NCBI RefSeq assembly: GCF_020885515.1
Contig: NZ_AP024987.1
Location: 510,001-542,000 of the forward strand
Direction of reading: 5' to 3'
DNA length: 32,000 bases
Source of the DNA: a cyanobacterium endosymbiont of Braarudosphaera bigelowii
GTDB lineage: Bacteria; Cyanobacteriota; Cyanobacteriia; Cyanobacteriales; Microcystaceae
The notes below the pieces were generated by a model, which saw nothing but the letters and a program-made list of their open reading frames with translations, made no database searches and had not been told where the DNA came from. Below, in pieces: positions 1-10,019 of the stretch; position 1 is the first letter of the stretch; each line of letters begins with the position of its first letter. The translations under genes and the position numbers were made by a program.

Positions 1-198
1 TAGTACAGACTTTTTGTCCTCGTCTTGAATAACAGGAGAACTAATAAAAGCTTTTAGCTCTGAGGAATCTTCTAGAATCTGCAAAACAGTTCTACAGTCT
101 TGTTCAACTAATCTCGTGATTTTATGGGACTCAGCAATAGACATCATAGCTTGAGCGTAGGGCTCTGCAATTTCTGCATTAACTAATGATCCTTTCAC
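1..198 (-). CDS. atpD: ATP synthase F1 subunit delta, N-terminal part (truncated by window edge)
   Basis: Minus-strand reading from GTG at 198 gives VKGSLVNAEIAEPYAQAMMSIAESHKITRLVEQDCRTVLQILEDSSELKAFISSPVIQDEDKKSVL, a typical delta/OSCP N-terminus. It directly follows atpF with a TAGTG stop/start overlap. Cyanobacterial naming is atpD for delta (atpH elsewhere). Confidence 0.88.
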   Translation of the reverse strand, partial: MKGSLVNAEIAEPYAQAMMSIAESHKITRLVEQDCRTVLQILEDSSELKAFISSPVIQDEDKKSVL

Positions 199-734
199 TA
201 TGAACCTCCTAACCGATTAATGCTACGGTTAATAAGCATTTGCTGAGCATTATTATCAACCTTGGACTTTAATTGCTCTTCTGCCTTGACAACAGCTTGT
301 TCCGCAATTTGTTTCTTCAACTGTGCAATTACTCTTTCTTGCTCAGAGGAAAGATCTGCAGCAGCGGTTTCTTTAAGACGAACAATATCTTGTTCATTCT
401 GAGCTAAAATTTCAGCTTTAATAGCTATAGCTCTTTCTTGAGCAGCTTTGTGAATTTTTTCTGCTTCAATTTGAGCTTGGGCTAATTTTTTCTCTTCCTG
501 AGCCAAAGAAGTAATTGCTTGCTGTTGTTTTTTTTCAGCTTCTTGAATAGACAGGGCTATTGCATTGTGCCTTTCACTGAGGGTATCTCCTATGGCTTTA
601 CGTCCGTAGAATATTAAAATACCAACAAGAATGGTTAAGTTGAAAATGTTACTTTCCAAAAAATCGAAATGAAGCCCAATTAAGGGTCCATTTTCAGCGT
701 GACTTTCAGCGACTAATAATAAAGAATCGATCAT
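198..734 (-). CDS. atpF: ATP synthase F0 subunit b
   Basis: 178-aa ORF with an N-terminal TM segment (FNLTILVGILIFYG), a long charged helix, and operon position between b' and delta. Confidence 0.93.
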   Translation of the reverse strand: MIDSLLLVAESHAENGPLIGLHFDFLESNIFNLTILVGILIFYGRKAIGDTLSERHNAIALSIQEAEKKQQQAITSLAQEEKKLAQAQIEAEKIHKAAQERAIAIKAEILAQNEQDIVRLKETAAADLSSEQERVIAQLKKQIAEQAVVKAEEQLKSKVDNNAQQMLINRSINRLGGS

Positions 735-763
735 ACCGGTTTATCACCCAAAGGACGGCGTCG

Positions 764-1195
764 TTACTTGATTAACTCTGGACCTAAAAGCTTTTCCAGA
801 ATTTGATGACTTAAAACATCGACTTGTTTTTCTAGAACTTTTAGAGCATCTTGGCGCTGTTGTGCAATTTCTTTAGCAACAGCTTCTTTTTTAGCTTGGG
901 CTTCTTGTTGAGCAATAACAATTGCTTCATTAGCAATTATTTTAGCCTCTGACTGAGCTGAAATGACAATCTCTTGAGATTGTTTTCTTGTCTCTGATAA
1001 TTGTTGTTCATACTGAGCAGCCAGCTCTCTAGCTTTATCTAAATGCTCTTTCCCACCTATTTCTTGCTGACGAATATAATCAGCTCGCTTGTCTAGTACC
1101 TCATTAAGAGGCTTATAAAAAATGGCATTTAGAACAACTGCTAATAAGATAAATTGCAATGCCATGACCGGCAAAGTTGCGTCAAAATCAAACAT
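764..1195 (-). CDS. atpG: ATP synthase F0 subunit b'
   Basis: 143-aa [44 protein letters not shown], a cyanobacterial b' signature in operon context. Confidence 0.92.
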   Translation of the reverse strand: MFDFDATLPVMALQFILLAVVLNAIFYKPLNEVLDKRADYIRQQEIGGKEHLDKARELAAQYEQQLSETRKQSQEIVISAQSEAKIIANEAIVIAQQEAQAKKEAVAKEIAQQRQDALKVLEKQVDVLSHQILEKLLGPELIK

Positions 1196-1269
1196 AACTT
1201 ACTCAACTAGATCTTTTACTTTATGATTGAGAGGCAGCCATATGGCTGCCTCTATTAATCGACTAAATC

Positions 1270-1527
<258 letters not shown>

Positions 1528-1771
1528 TCAATTTTATTGATAAAACAAATTAGAAGCTAATTGTCAACTTAAATAGTTTAGGAGTATAGGTCTTAAAAAC
1601 AAGACTAGAAATAGTTAGTTCTGTCTCTACAAACTCCCAATAAGTAAGGACCTGAGTTAATAATGGAAACTTTATATCCATCTCCTCTGTCTATTGTCTT
1701 ACGTTTTGGTCATTTTTGCGTAACAGATATTTTCCTTTTTGATAGTCTGTTTAATTAGAACCTTACTCTTA

Positions 1772-2566
1772 TTAATGTCCTTCTTCCTCTTCTGATTCAA
1801 TTGCTTCGTGAATATAAGCTCCTGCCAGGGTAGCAAACACTAAAGCTTGAATCGCACTAGTAAATAGTCCTAGTGCCATTAGTGGTAATGGCACTAGTAG
1901 AGGAACAAGAAATACAAGTACTCCTACTACTAATTCATCAGCCAGAATATTACCAAACAGACGGAAGCTCAGAGAGAGAGGCTTGGTAAAATCTTCTAAA
2001 ATCTTAATAGGTAGTAAGATAGGAATAGGTTGAATATAATTAGCAAAATAACCTAAACCCTTCTTGCTAAGACCTGCGTAAAAGTAGGCTAAAGACGTTA
2101 GAAGTGCTAATGCAACAGTCGTGTTAATGTCATTAGTAGGAGCAGCTAATTCACCTTCTGGAATTTCTATAAGTTTCCACGGGATTAGAGCTCCTGACCA
2201 ATTGGAGACAAAAATAAACAAAAATAGTGTCCCAATAAAGGGTAACCATTGTCGATAATGTTTTTCTCCGAGCTGGTTTTTAGCCAAATCTCGTAGAAAT
2301 TCTAAAACATACTCCATAAAATTTTGCATCCCACTAGGAACTCGTTGAATATTACGAGTTGCAGATAGAGATGCAATAACCAATAGGGCAATGACAAACC
2401 AAGAACCAAGGAATACTTGTCCATGTAATCTTAGATTGCCAATTTCCCAGTACCAGTGCTTGCCAACTTCTAAGGCAGCAAAGAATAAGGTGTTTGAAAT
2501 GTATAAACCATGTAACATTGTCATTAGGTAGAATTTACCAAATCTGGTCACTGAATGGAATCTCAA
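1772..2566 (-). CDS. atpB: ATP synthase F0 subunit a
   Basis: 264-aa multi-TM protein containing [58 protein letters not shown], the conserved subunit a core (atpI in some cyanobacterial annotations). Confidence 0.96.
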   Translation of the reverse strand: MRFHSVTRFGKFYLMTMLHGLYISNTLFFAALEVGKHWYWEIGNLRLHGQVFLGSWFVIALLVIASLSATRNIQRVPSGMQNFMEYVLEFLRDLAKNQLGEKHYRQWLPFIGTLFLFIFVSNWSGALIPWKLIEIPEGELAAPTNDINTTVALALLTSLAYFYAGLSKKGLGYFANYIQPIPILLPIKILEDFTKPLSLSFRLFGNILADELVVGVLVFLVPLLVPLPLMALGLFTSAIQALVFATLAGAYIHEAIESEEEEGH

Positions 2567-3030
2567 TCGCTCTTTCGCGCTGAAACCATTACGCTTTGTA
2601 TGGTATAAGCAACTATAGCGACTTTATAAGTCAAAAATCCCAAGAAGACTGGGACAATGTAAAGTTTTTGCCATTGACTAGCCACGATAATTGTAGCCGC
2701 AAATAGAATTAATCCTTTATTACCTAATTTCTGTTGTGAGGTTCCAATTCGTTCTACCTCTCTCGCCAACATTTTTAAATAAACAACTCCTACAAGTGCT
2801 CCTAATAGATAGCTAAAAGCCAAATGTAAAGAGTGGAATATCCAGACACATATGAAGATGATCCCTGTAAGTACTACGCTTAGCAACATAAGTGTGCGCT
2901 GCAACTGATAGTAATCTTTCATAGAATCAGCCTGAATTGTTTCTGTATTAGAAGTTTGAGAGACAGAACTAGTTAATTGCATACAGTTACAGGTTTTTAT
3001 TTGACTTAAAATCAGCCTATATAAAACCAA
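2563..3030 (-). CDS. atp1: ATP synthase-associated membrane protein (Atp1/AtpI-like)
   Basis: First gene of the atp operon with several TM segments. It overlaps the subunit a start by 4 nt (ATGA). The N-terminal ~35 aa may be over-extended; a later Met ([13 protein letters not shown]) is a plausible start. Confidence 0.78.
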   Translation of the reverse strand: MVLYRLILSQIKTCNCMQLTSSVSQTSNTETIQADSMKDYYQLQRTLMLLSVVLTGIIFICVWIFHSLHLAFSYLLGALVGVVYLKMLAREVERIGTSQQKLGNKGLILFAATIIVASQWQKLYIVPVFLGFLTYKVAIVAYTIQSVMVSARKSD

Positions 3031-3521
3031 GGCAAATTTAAATCTGTAATTCTAAGTGAGGCTCGTAAGAAAACTTGATAAACTGTTGAAGTAAATCATT
3101 AAATATTTCCTACTACTTCATCCATCGTGTTAGAGAAAGCCTTAAAGCGAGTCACTGCTAATAATATCATGTTGATGTAACAACATGAATAGAGGTACTG
3201 TGCCGGCAGGTATAAGTTAAGAAAGTATTAAACATTTAAATATAAAATACTAGGAAAGTATGATAAATATAGAACAAAAAATGATCATAAAAACTTTAAG
3301 CACAGTCATAAATGGCAAATAACATTTAATTAATTACCTATATAGGCAAACGGTTTGCAAAAAAAAAACTATATATTTATTACTTTTTAGGCAATAAGTG
3401 ATATGGATTACAACTAATGAAGTAATAAGAATTATTACTTTGTGAAAATATTTATTTGTAGAAATGTTTCGATAATGTCTCTCAAGAATAAAACTATTGA
3501 TTAGTACTTTAGTCATTTAAG

Positions 3522-3566
3522 AGTGGTTAATTAAAAAAATCAATTTGATTTTTTTAATTAACCACT
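3522..3566. repeat. Perfect 22-bp inverted repeat with 1-nt spacer
   Basis: AGTGGTTAATTAAAAAAATCAA (3522-3543) / T / TTGATTTTTTTAATTAACCACT (3545-3566). Confidence 0.9.
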
Positions 3567-4257
3567 ACAAGCTCTTTGTTTTAAATAATAATTGGCAATA
3601 TTAAAATTTAAATAAAATATAATGTTACTAAATATAGATGACATAATATTATTAATAGAGATTTATAGCGTATCTTATTTAAACAGACCCACTATATTCC
3701 TTAAGATAAATGAAATTTTAGAATTTAATTACCTTTATTTTATTCCGTCACGTTTAAACTGTTAAGTATAAAATTTTATAAGATTTTCTTTCAAGCTTTA
3801 TAAGAATACTGTGTCTTAGTAATAAAAGCAGCTTGCAAAAAAGATCAAATATCATTTATGTTACTTTTTTAAATTCATGAAAAAATAAGATAATCATGTT
3901 CTTAAAATAAGTATCTTATTTTTTTATATTATGCTCCTGACATTTTTTCTATTTTGCTAATATTCCAGAAATGTCTATCTGAGATGAGGTTTTAGAATTC
4001 TTTAAATAAATTTTACTCTTTCTATTTATTAACTCAGTTACTAATATGACTAAGAAACCAGAATAACAATTTAATGTATGACTAAGTCACTTATGCTTAT
4101 TTTCATCCTTTAAACATTGAAATATTAAGTTGATAATTATGTATTTTTTTTATTTGAATTTAAAGATTTAACGTTATATTTTTGATATGATGACTAGTGA
4201 TTAATATTATTAGTCAATGGTTATCATTAACATAAGAGTAAAGGACATTGAAAAATT

Positions 4258-4644
4258 ATGACCAATACAAATTCTACTCCCTTAATGGGAAAAGCATTAC
4301 TTCAAAAGGTGAAAGAATTATCTCATAAACCTCGAAGAGAAACTGCTAAAGAGTGTGGATATTATTCAGTAACAAAAGATGGACAAATTCGTGTTAATTT
4401 GACCGATTTTTATGATGCAGTTTTAGGGGCTAAAGGAGTTCCCCTTGAACCTGGTTCTACTAAAGATGGGCGAGGCCGTGAACCCACATTTCGTGTTAGT
4501 GTCCATAAAAACGGTCAGATTGTCATAGGTTCTACTTATACAGAGCAAATGGGACTAAAACCAGGTGATGAATTTGAAATTAAACTTGGTTACAAACATA
4601 TTCACCTTAAACAAGTTGATATTGAAGAAAAAGAAGCTGCCTAG
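4258..4644 (+). CDS. Cyanobacterial AbrB-like transcriptional regulator (cyAbrB family)
   Basis: 128 aa, MTNTNSTPLMGKALLQKVKELSHKPRRETAKECGYYSVTKDGQIRVNLTDFYDAVLGAKGVPL, with a C-terminal AbrB/SpoVT-like region (VHKNGQIVIGSTYTEQMGLKPGDEFEIKLG). Matches the cyAbrB family layout. Confidence 0.92.
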   Translation: MTNTNSTPLMGKALLQKVKELSHKPRRETAKECGYYSVTKDGQIRVNLTDFYDAVLGAKGVPLEPGSTKDGRGREPTFRVSVHKNGQIVIGSTYTEQMGLKPGDEFEIKLGYKHIHLKQVDIEEKEAA

Positions 4645-4699
4645 ACTGTTTTTAATTTCGATAAATGTAAATGACATTACTAACTAGGATTAAAAAAAA

Positions 4700-4734
4700 T
4701 AGTCATTAAGCCTATTATTTAGGCTTAATGACTA
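4700..4734 (-). terminator. Strong hairpin downstream of cyAbrB; followed by a U-tract when read on the minus strand
   Basis: TAGTCATTAAGCCTA (4700-4714) / TTATT / TAGGCTTAATGACTA (4720-4734), a perfect 15-bp stem. On the minus strand it is followed by TTTTTTT (rc of the A-run 4692-4699). Confidence 0.7.
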
Positions 4735-4768
4735 AGAAGCAAAGAAGATTTTTTTTAGTATTATTAAC

Positions 4769-4802
4769 ATCTCACTTTTAGATATGTACCTAAAAGTGAG
4801 AT
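4769..4802. repeat. Second perfect hairpin in the cyAbrB-CPBP intergenic region
   Basis: ATCTCACTTTTAG (4769-4781) / 8-nt loop / CTAAAAGTGAGAT (4790-4802), a 13-bp perfect stem. Confidence 0.75.
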
Positions 4803-4844
4803 ATGTTATGGTAAATAATAAATTAATCTATAATCCGCTCCACA

Positions 4845-5750
4845 ATGTCATTAAGAGCAGTACGAAATAGTTTAGATTTGATTCTAAATGGAATTGAATG
4901 GGAAGCGATATTATCTTCCCGCTTAATTCAACAATTATCAGTATTTATTAAAACTTTTTCTAGCGAAATTCAAGTTATTTCACTAGTATTTACTTGGTTT
5001 ATTGTTTGGTCACCTATTGCTTTTTTTATAAGCAAAAAAATTAAATGGAGACCTTTTGAACCATTAAATCCTAGTCAGAAATTATTACTACTCATTCCTT
5101 TATATTTATTAGTTCCTCCTTTAATATCCTTAATGTTAATCAGAGAACATAAATCTTTGGCCAACTATGGATTAGTTTTTAAATATGATTTTCTGGTTGA
5201 CTTTTTTGTAGGTTTATTAATAAGTTTACTTAGTTTAATAGTTTTATTTAAACTAGAAGAAAAATTAGATTACTTAAAATGGAATTTTGAGAATAAAATT
5301 ACATTAAATAGAATTTTATTACCTACTTTAGGTTTAGCTTTATGGATAGGATTGACAGAAGAATTAATATTTAGAGGAATAATACAAACAATCTTAGAAG
5401 ATAACCATAATATATTAATAGCCGGTGTTATCTGTAGCATAGTCTTTGCATTACTTCACTTAGTTTGGGAAAGAAAAGAAACTCTTCCTCAACTACCAGG
5501 ATTATGGTTGATGGGTATGGTTTTAACTGAAGCGAAATGGGTCCATAATGGTGATTTGGGATTACCATGGGGATTACACACAGGATGGATCCTAGGAATT
5601 TCTTTGTTAGAATCTACAAAATTGATTACATATAAAGATTTAAAGGGTAATTATATAGTTGGAATTGGACAAAAACCTTTAGCAGGTATAATGGGGGTCT
5701 TATCATTACTAGTTACTGGCATCGTTCTGTGGTCTTTTACTATCATTTAA
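4845..5750 (+). CDS. CPBP family intramembrane glutamic endopeptidase (CAAX-protease-like)
   Basis: Multi-TM protein with LTEELIFRGIIQTIL (EExxxR motif), IVFALLHL and GLPWGLHTGWILG motifs typical of CPBP/Abi proteins. Confidence 0.85.
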   Translation: MSLRAVRNSLDLILNGIEWEAILSSRLIQQLSVFIKTFSSEIQVISLVFTWFIVWSPIAFFISKKIKWRPFEPLNPSQKLLLLIPLYLLVPPLISLMLIREHKSLANYGLVFKYDFLVDFFVGLLISLLSLIVLFKLEEKLDYLKWNFENKITLNRILLPTLGLALWIGLTEELIFRGIIQTILEDNHNILIAGVICSIVFALLHLVWERKETLPQLPGLWLMGMVLTEAKWVHNGDLGLPWGLHTGWILGISLLESTKLITYKDLKGNYIVGIGQKPLAGIMGVLSLLVTGIVLWSFTII

Positions 5751-5834
5751 AGCCAACCATAAACTTACAGAACATTATCATAAATAATTAGTTTTATCAA
5801 AAATACGTTCTAGAAGTTTTTTAAAACTAAATCA

Positions 5835-6689
5835 TTGATCATAAAATTTATGTTCATTCAATCTTATAAAAATTTTCTGGGTATTGAAAGAGTAACAATT
5901 CCAATTACAGGACTACCTAATGATCTAGATCAAATAAAAATTGCTCAGCTATCAGATTTTCACTATGATGGACTCTCTCTTTCTAATTCATTACTCATAA
6001 AAGCAATTCAGTATAGTAATGCAGAAAAACCAGATCTGATTTTATTAACAGGAGACTATATTACCAATTCAACTGATTATATATATAATTTAGCTTCACA
6101 GTTAAAGTTACTGAAAAGCCAAAAGGGAGTTTATGCAGTCTTAGGCAATCATGATATCTTATACAAAAATGGAAAATCCATAATAACAGAAGCACTAACT
6201 CATGCAAATATAAAAGTTCTTTGGAATGAAATTGTTTACCCTTTAGGCATGTATTTACCAATAATTGGATTAGCAGATTTTTGGTCACAAGAATTTAATC
6301 CTGAAGTTGTCATAAATAAATTATCTGTATCACAACCTCGTCTAGTTCTGTCCCATAATCCTGATACAGCTAGTATTTTAAAAAAATGGCGTGTTGATTT
6401 ACAACTATCAGGTCATACTCATGGTGGACAAATCATAATTCCGGGTTTTGGACCATGTTTAATGTTATTCCAAAAAATATATAGAATAACACCTCATAAA
6501 CTACTAAAATATTTTCCCTTAGCTAAATATAGCTCAAGTATTGTAAAGAATTGGAAATGGAATTTAGGATTACATACAATAGGAAAGAATAAACTATACG
6601 TAAATCGAGGATTAGGGACTTATTCACCAGGGAGATTCTTTTGTTCTCCAGAGCTAACAATAATTACTTTGGTTAAAAGTAGTAAATAG
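5835..6689 (+). CDS. Metallophosphoesterase (YkuE/calcineurin-like)
   Basis: Contains IAQLSDFHYDG, LTGDYI, VLGNHDILY, LSGHTHGGQIIIP and GLGTYSPGRFFCSPELTIITL, canonical metallophosphoesterase blocks. Confidence 0.9.
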   Translation: MIIKFMFIQSYKNFLGIERVTIPITGLPNDLDQIKIAQLSDFHYDGLSLSNSLLIKAIQYSNAEKPDLILLTGDYITNSTDYIYNLASQLKLLKSQKGVYAVLGNHDILYKNGKSIITEALTHANIKVLWNEIVYPLGMYLPIIGLADFWSQEFNPEVVINKLSVSQPRLVLSHNPDTASILKKWRVDLQLSGHTHGGQIIIPGFGPCLMLFQKIYRITPHKLLKYFPLAKYSSSIVKNWKWNLGLHTIGKNKLYVNRGLGTYSPGRFFCSPELTIITLVKSSK

Positions 6690-6743
6690 TTAATTTGTGC
6701 TAAAGACCATATACCAAATTCTTGTTTCTAAATATAATTACTT

Positions 6744-9065
6744 TTATTTAAGAATTTTAGTAATCGAATTTGTACCAGGGTCAATAATTTTTCTTCCTAA
6801 ACTTTTAAATTTAATAGCTAAATTAACTTTTTTTTCTGATCCTAAAACATGGGTGACTTCACCTTCTCCGAAACTATAGTGAATTATATGGTCACCAACT
6901 GACCATTGAATATTATTGTTTTTAGAGTTATTTCTTTTTTGCGAAGTTTTTTCGATAATTATATTTGTATGATCACTTACTAAGTCTTGAGGAATTTCTT
7001 CTAAAAATTGTGAGACAATTTTAATTTCTTTTGATCCCCATACAAATCTTTCCTGAGCATAAGTTATAAATAGTTTTTCTTGTGCACGAGTTATACCTAC
7101 GTAACACAAACGTCTTTCTTCTTCCAAGGAAAGAGGATCGCTTAAGCTACGAATATGCGGTAAAGTTCCTTGTTCCAAACCTACTAAAAAAACAATAGGA
7201 AATTCTAACCCTTTAGCAGAATGTAATGTCATAAGAGATACCTTATTGTTTTCATTCTCTAAATTATCTAAGTCAGAAGAAAGAGATGCATTCGTCAGAT
7301 AGCCTTGTAAACTAGGATCGTTATTTTCTTCCCGATACTGATTGATGGCATTATATAATTCTTGAAGATTTTCAAGTCTATTATCTGCTTCCTCAGTTTC
7401 TTTCTGCTTTAAGTCATTTATGTATCCTGATTTTTGCATTATTTGGTTAAAAATATCTGTAGATAATGATTTAGTTGATTGTTCTTGCAATTCTTTAATC
7501 ATATGTACAAAACTAAGAACTGCTTTTGAAGATTTTCCCGTCAATGTCATAACACAAGTCTCATCAATAAGTATTTCCCATAAAGAAGTCCTTAATTCTT
7601 GAGAAGCTTTTAATAATAAGTCAACGGTTGTTTTACCAATACCACGGCGAGGAGAATTAATAACTCTTAAAAGACTTACAGTGTCATAAGGATTAACAAT
7701 TAAACGTAAATATGCGATTGAATCTTTAATCTCTTGACGATCATAAAATTTAAACCCTCCTACAATAGTGTAAGGAATATTTCGACGAACTAGAATATCT
7801 TCGAATGGTCTAGATTGAGAATTTACTCTGTATAGAAAAGCAATATCTTTCCAGCTTAACTTAGGGTTTAAGCTTATTAATTCTTCGATTTTATTAATAA
7901 CAAACTCTGCTTCTATATGTTCATTATCTGCTTTATAACAATAAATTTTTTCGCCTTTACCTCTTGTTGCTTTGAGAGTTTTATCAATACGCTGACTATT
8001 ATTATATATAAGATGATTAGCTGCACTTAATATAGTTTCTGTTGAACGATAATTGTTTTCCAGCTTTATCATAGTTTTAGTTTCTTCATCCGACAAGCCA
8101 TCTCCAAATTCAGACTGAAAGTTCAATAAAATTGTAAAATCAGCCATGCGGAAACTATAGATAGATTGATCTGCATCACCTACAACGAAAACGGATCTAT
8201 TTCTCCAACTCCACTCATTCCTATCTATTTTTCCATTTGTTGTTAACAATTGAATCAAAGTATACTGTATTCGATTTGTATCTTGATATTCATCAACTAA
8301 AATATGCTTAAATTGAGAATGCCAATAACCTAAAACAGATTGATTTTTTTCAAATAAACGGACTGGAATTAAAATTAAGTCATCAAAATCTAAAGCATTA
8401 TTTTCAGCGAGTTGAGTCTGGTATTCATCATAGATTTCTGCAATAATACGTCCTTTTGAATAAGAGTGTTCTTTCAAGTATTCTTCAGGAGATAAACCTA
8501 AATTTTTAGCGCTACTGATAGCGTAACGAATTGTTCTAGGGTTAAAAGTTTTTTCGTCTAGATTAAATTGTTTTAAAGTTATATTTTTCACAATATTTTG
8601 AACATCAGATTCATCAAAAATAGAAAAATTTCTATCCCATTTTCTCTTTTTACTATCTTGGTATTTATTAATATCATACCGGAGTATTCTTGCGCATAGG
8701 CTGTGAAAAGTACCTATCCACAATTGTTTCGTAGTCTTTTTATAAATAAAAGAAAGTAGTTTTTTTTGATTAAATTCTGATAAAGAGTCAAATGATTGTC
8801 TATAGTTTTTTAAGGAAATTTCTTGAGCGAGAAGATTATCAAGCCTATCTTTCATTTCTTTTGCTGCTTTATTTGTAAAAGTCACAGCAAGAATGGACCC
8901 AGGATTAACTTTATTATAAATAATCAAGTTTGCGATCCTGTAGGTGAGAGCACGTGTTTTACCTGAGCCAGCTCCTGCAATCACCAAAAGAGGGCCACAG
9001 AAATGCTCTACAGCACGACGTTGAAAGTGATTTAATGTAGAAAGAAAATCGGCAGAAGTAGTCAT
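6744..9065 (-). CDS. pcrA: ATP-dependent DNA helicase, PcrA/UvrD family (SF1A)
   Basis: 773 aa with LNHFQRRAVEHFCGPLLVIAGAGSGKTRAL (Walker A), VDEYQDTN, VVGDADQSIYSFR, LMTLHSAKGLEFPIVFLVG and EERRLCYVGITRA. Confidence 0.95.
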   Translation of the reverse strand: MTTSADFLSTLNHFQRRAVEHFCGPLLVIAGAGSGKTRALTYRIANLIIYNKVNPGSILAVTFTNKAAKEMKDRLDNLLAQEISLKNYRQSFDSLSEFNQKKLLSFIYKKTTKQLWIGTFHSLCARILRYDINKYQDSKKRKWDRNFSIFDESDVQNIVKNITLKQFNLDEKTFNPRTIRYAISSAKNLGLSPEEYLKEHSYSKGRIIAEIYDEYQTQLAENNALDFDDLILIPVRLFEKNQSVLGYWHSQFKHILVDEYQDTNRIQYTLIQLLTTNGKIDRNEWSWRNRSVFVVGDADQSIYSFRMADFTILLNFQSEFGDGLSDEETKTMIKLENNYRSTETILSAANHLIYNNSQRIDKTLKATRGKGEKIYCYKADNEHIEAEFVINKIEELISLNPKLSWKDIAFLYRVNSQSRPFEDILVRRNIPYTIVGGFKFYDRQEIKDSIAYLRLIVNPYDTVSLLRVINSPRRGIGKTTVDLLLKASQELRTSLWEILIDETCVMTLTGKSSKAVLSFVHMIKELQEQSTKSLSTDIFNQIMQKSGYINDLKQKETEEADNRLENLQELYNAINQYREENNDPSLQGYLTNASLSSDLDNLENENNKVSLMTLHSAKGLEFPIVFLVGLEQGTLPHIRSLSDPLSLEEERRLCYVGITRAQEKLFITYAQERFVWGSKEIKIVSQFLEEIPQDLVSDHTNIIIEKTSQKRNNSKNNNIQWSVGDHIIHYSFGEGEVTHVLGSEKKVNLAIKFKSLGRKIIDPGTNSITKILK

Positions 9066-9247
9066 AAAGATTTAAAAATCAAATGCCATTGTCTGATTTC
9101 TTGATTGTAACTTTATTAATCTAATCTAGTAATGATTGAATATAAAGTAAATATAAGTGCTCAGCCTAACACATTAAGTAAAAGAAAAGTTTTTGATTGT
9201 ACTACGATTCATGAATCAAAATGGAAATTTTCCCCTACAATAGAAGA

Positions 9248-9315
9248 AGCGGAGACAATTGTTTCCGTTCACTCCTCACACCATACTCCGTCCGGCAATG
9301 TTCGGACGGTTTTTT
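9248..9315 (+). ncRNA. yfr1: Yfr1 cyanobacterial regulatory small RNA
   Basis: Hairpin 1 GGAGAC-AATT-GTTTCC (9251-9266); the invariant unpaired motif ACTCCTCACAC (9271-9281); Rho-independent terminator CCGTCCG-gcaatgtt-CGGACGG-TTTTTT (9288-9315). TACAAT -10-like box at 9236-9241. Located just upstream of trxA, the classic Yfr1 locus. Confidence 0.96.
9288..9315 (+). terminator. Rho-independent terminator of Yfr1
   Basis: CCGTCCG (9288-9294) / 8-nt loop / CGGACGG (9303-9309) followed by T6 (9310-9315). Confidence 0.95.
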
Positions 9316-9443
9316 ATTAAATGAGAAAATAATAACTTCTAAAATTTACGGAAATTTAAGTAAAAATAAAGAGAGTTTTTCATATGGTAGAATAAAACCC
9401 TAGATTATTCTAGAGAAATATGAGCAATTAAAGGAATTCTTAT

Positions 9444-9767
9444 ATGTCAGCTGCAGCTCAAGTTACAGATAGTAGTTTTAAAACAGATGTTTTAGAGAGT
9501 GAAGTCCCTGTTTTGGTTGATTTTTGGGCGCCTTGGTGTGGCCCGTGTCGTATGGTAGCTCCAGTCGTAGACGAGATAGCAGAACAATACGCGGGGCAAA
9601 TAAAAGTAGTCAAACTTAACACTGATGAAAATCCTAATACGGCTAGCCAATATGGAATTCGTAGTATTCCTACTCTTATGATTTTTAAAGGAGGTCAAAG
9701 AGTTGATATGGTTGTAGGTGCTGTTCCCAAGACAACTCTAGCTTCTACTCTTGAGAAATATCTTTAG
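9444..9767 (+). CDS. trxA: Thioredoxin
   Basis: 107 aa with [24 protein letters not shown] (WCGPC) and [15 protein letters not shown]. Confidence 0.98.
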   Translation: MSAAAQVTDSSFKTDVLESEVPVLVDFWAPWCGPCRMVAPVVDEIAEQYAGQIKVVKLNTDENPNTASQYGIRSIPTLMIFKGGQRVDMVVGAVPKTTLASTLEKYL

Positions 9768-9795
9768 TTTCTGTTAGAAATTCAAAACCATATCT

Positions 9796-9828
9796 AAGAG
9801 GTAAGCTTGTCAAGACTTACCTCTTTTT
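9796..9828 (+). terminator. Rho-independent terminator downstream of trxA
   Basis: AAGAGGTAAG (9796-9805) / 10-nt loop / CTTACCTCTT (9816-9825) running into a T-tract (9824-9828). Confidence 0.88.
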
Positions 9829-10019
9829 CAATAGAGTTAACCATATTATATGCACCACTCAATGATTAATATTCGAGATCATACTATAGTGTTGATGAAT
9901 AATTAGAACTCAACATTACTGTTAAGTGATTTCTATAAATACTTTTGAAATATGTAATAAAAATCAATCAGCTAATATTGCAAATTTATGAAATATTCAA
10001 GCTATGCTAATTACTAATC

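Noticed and set aside
3334-3516. 60-aa minus-strand ORF in the long intergenic region
   Set aside because: Short, AT-driven composition, no recognizable motif. I cannot support it as a gene.
6061-6288. 75-aa antisense ORF inside the metallophosphoesterase gene
   Set aside because: Entirely antisense to a strong conserved CDS.
7420-7602. 60-aa plus-strand ORF inside pcrA
   Set aside because: Antisense shadow ORF of a conserved helicase.
9132-9320. 62-aa ORF MIEYKVNISAQPNTLSKRKVF... upstream of trxA
   Set aside because: Its 3' half is exactly the Yfr1 sRNA and terminator, and no recognizable protein family; most likely chance.
9221-9403. 60-aa ORF overlapping Yfr1 and the trxA leader
   Set aside because: Overlaps Yfr1, lacks recognizable features, and runs into the trxA promoter region.
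9492-9698. 68-aa antisense ORF inside trxA
   Set aside because: Shadow ORF of thioredoxin.
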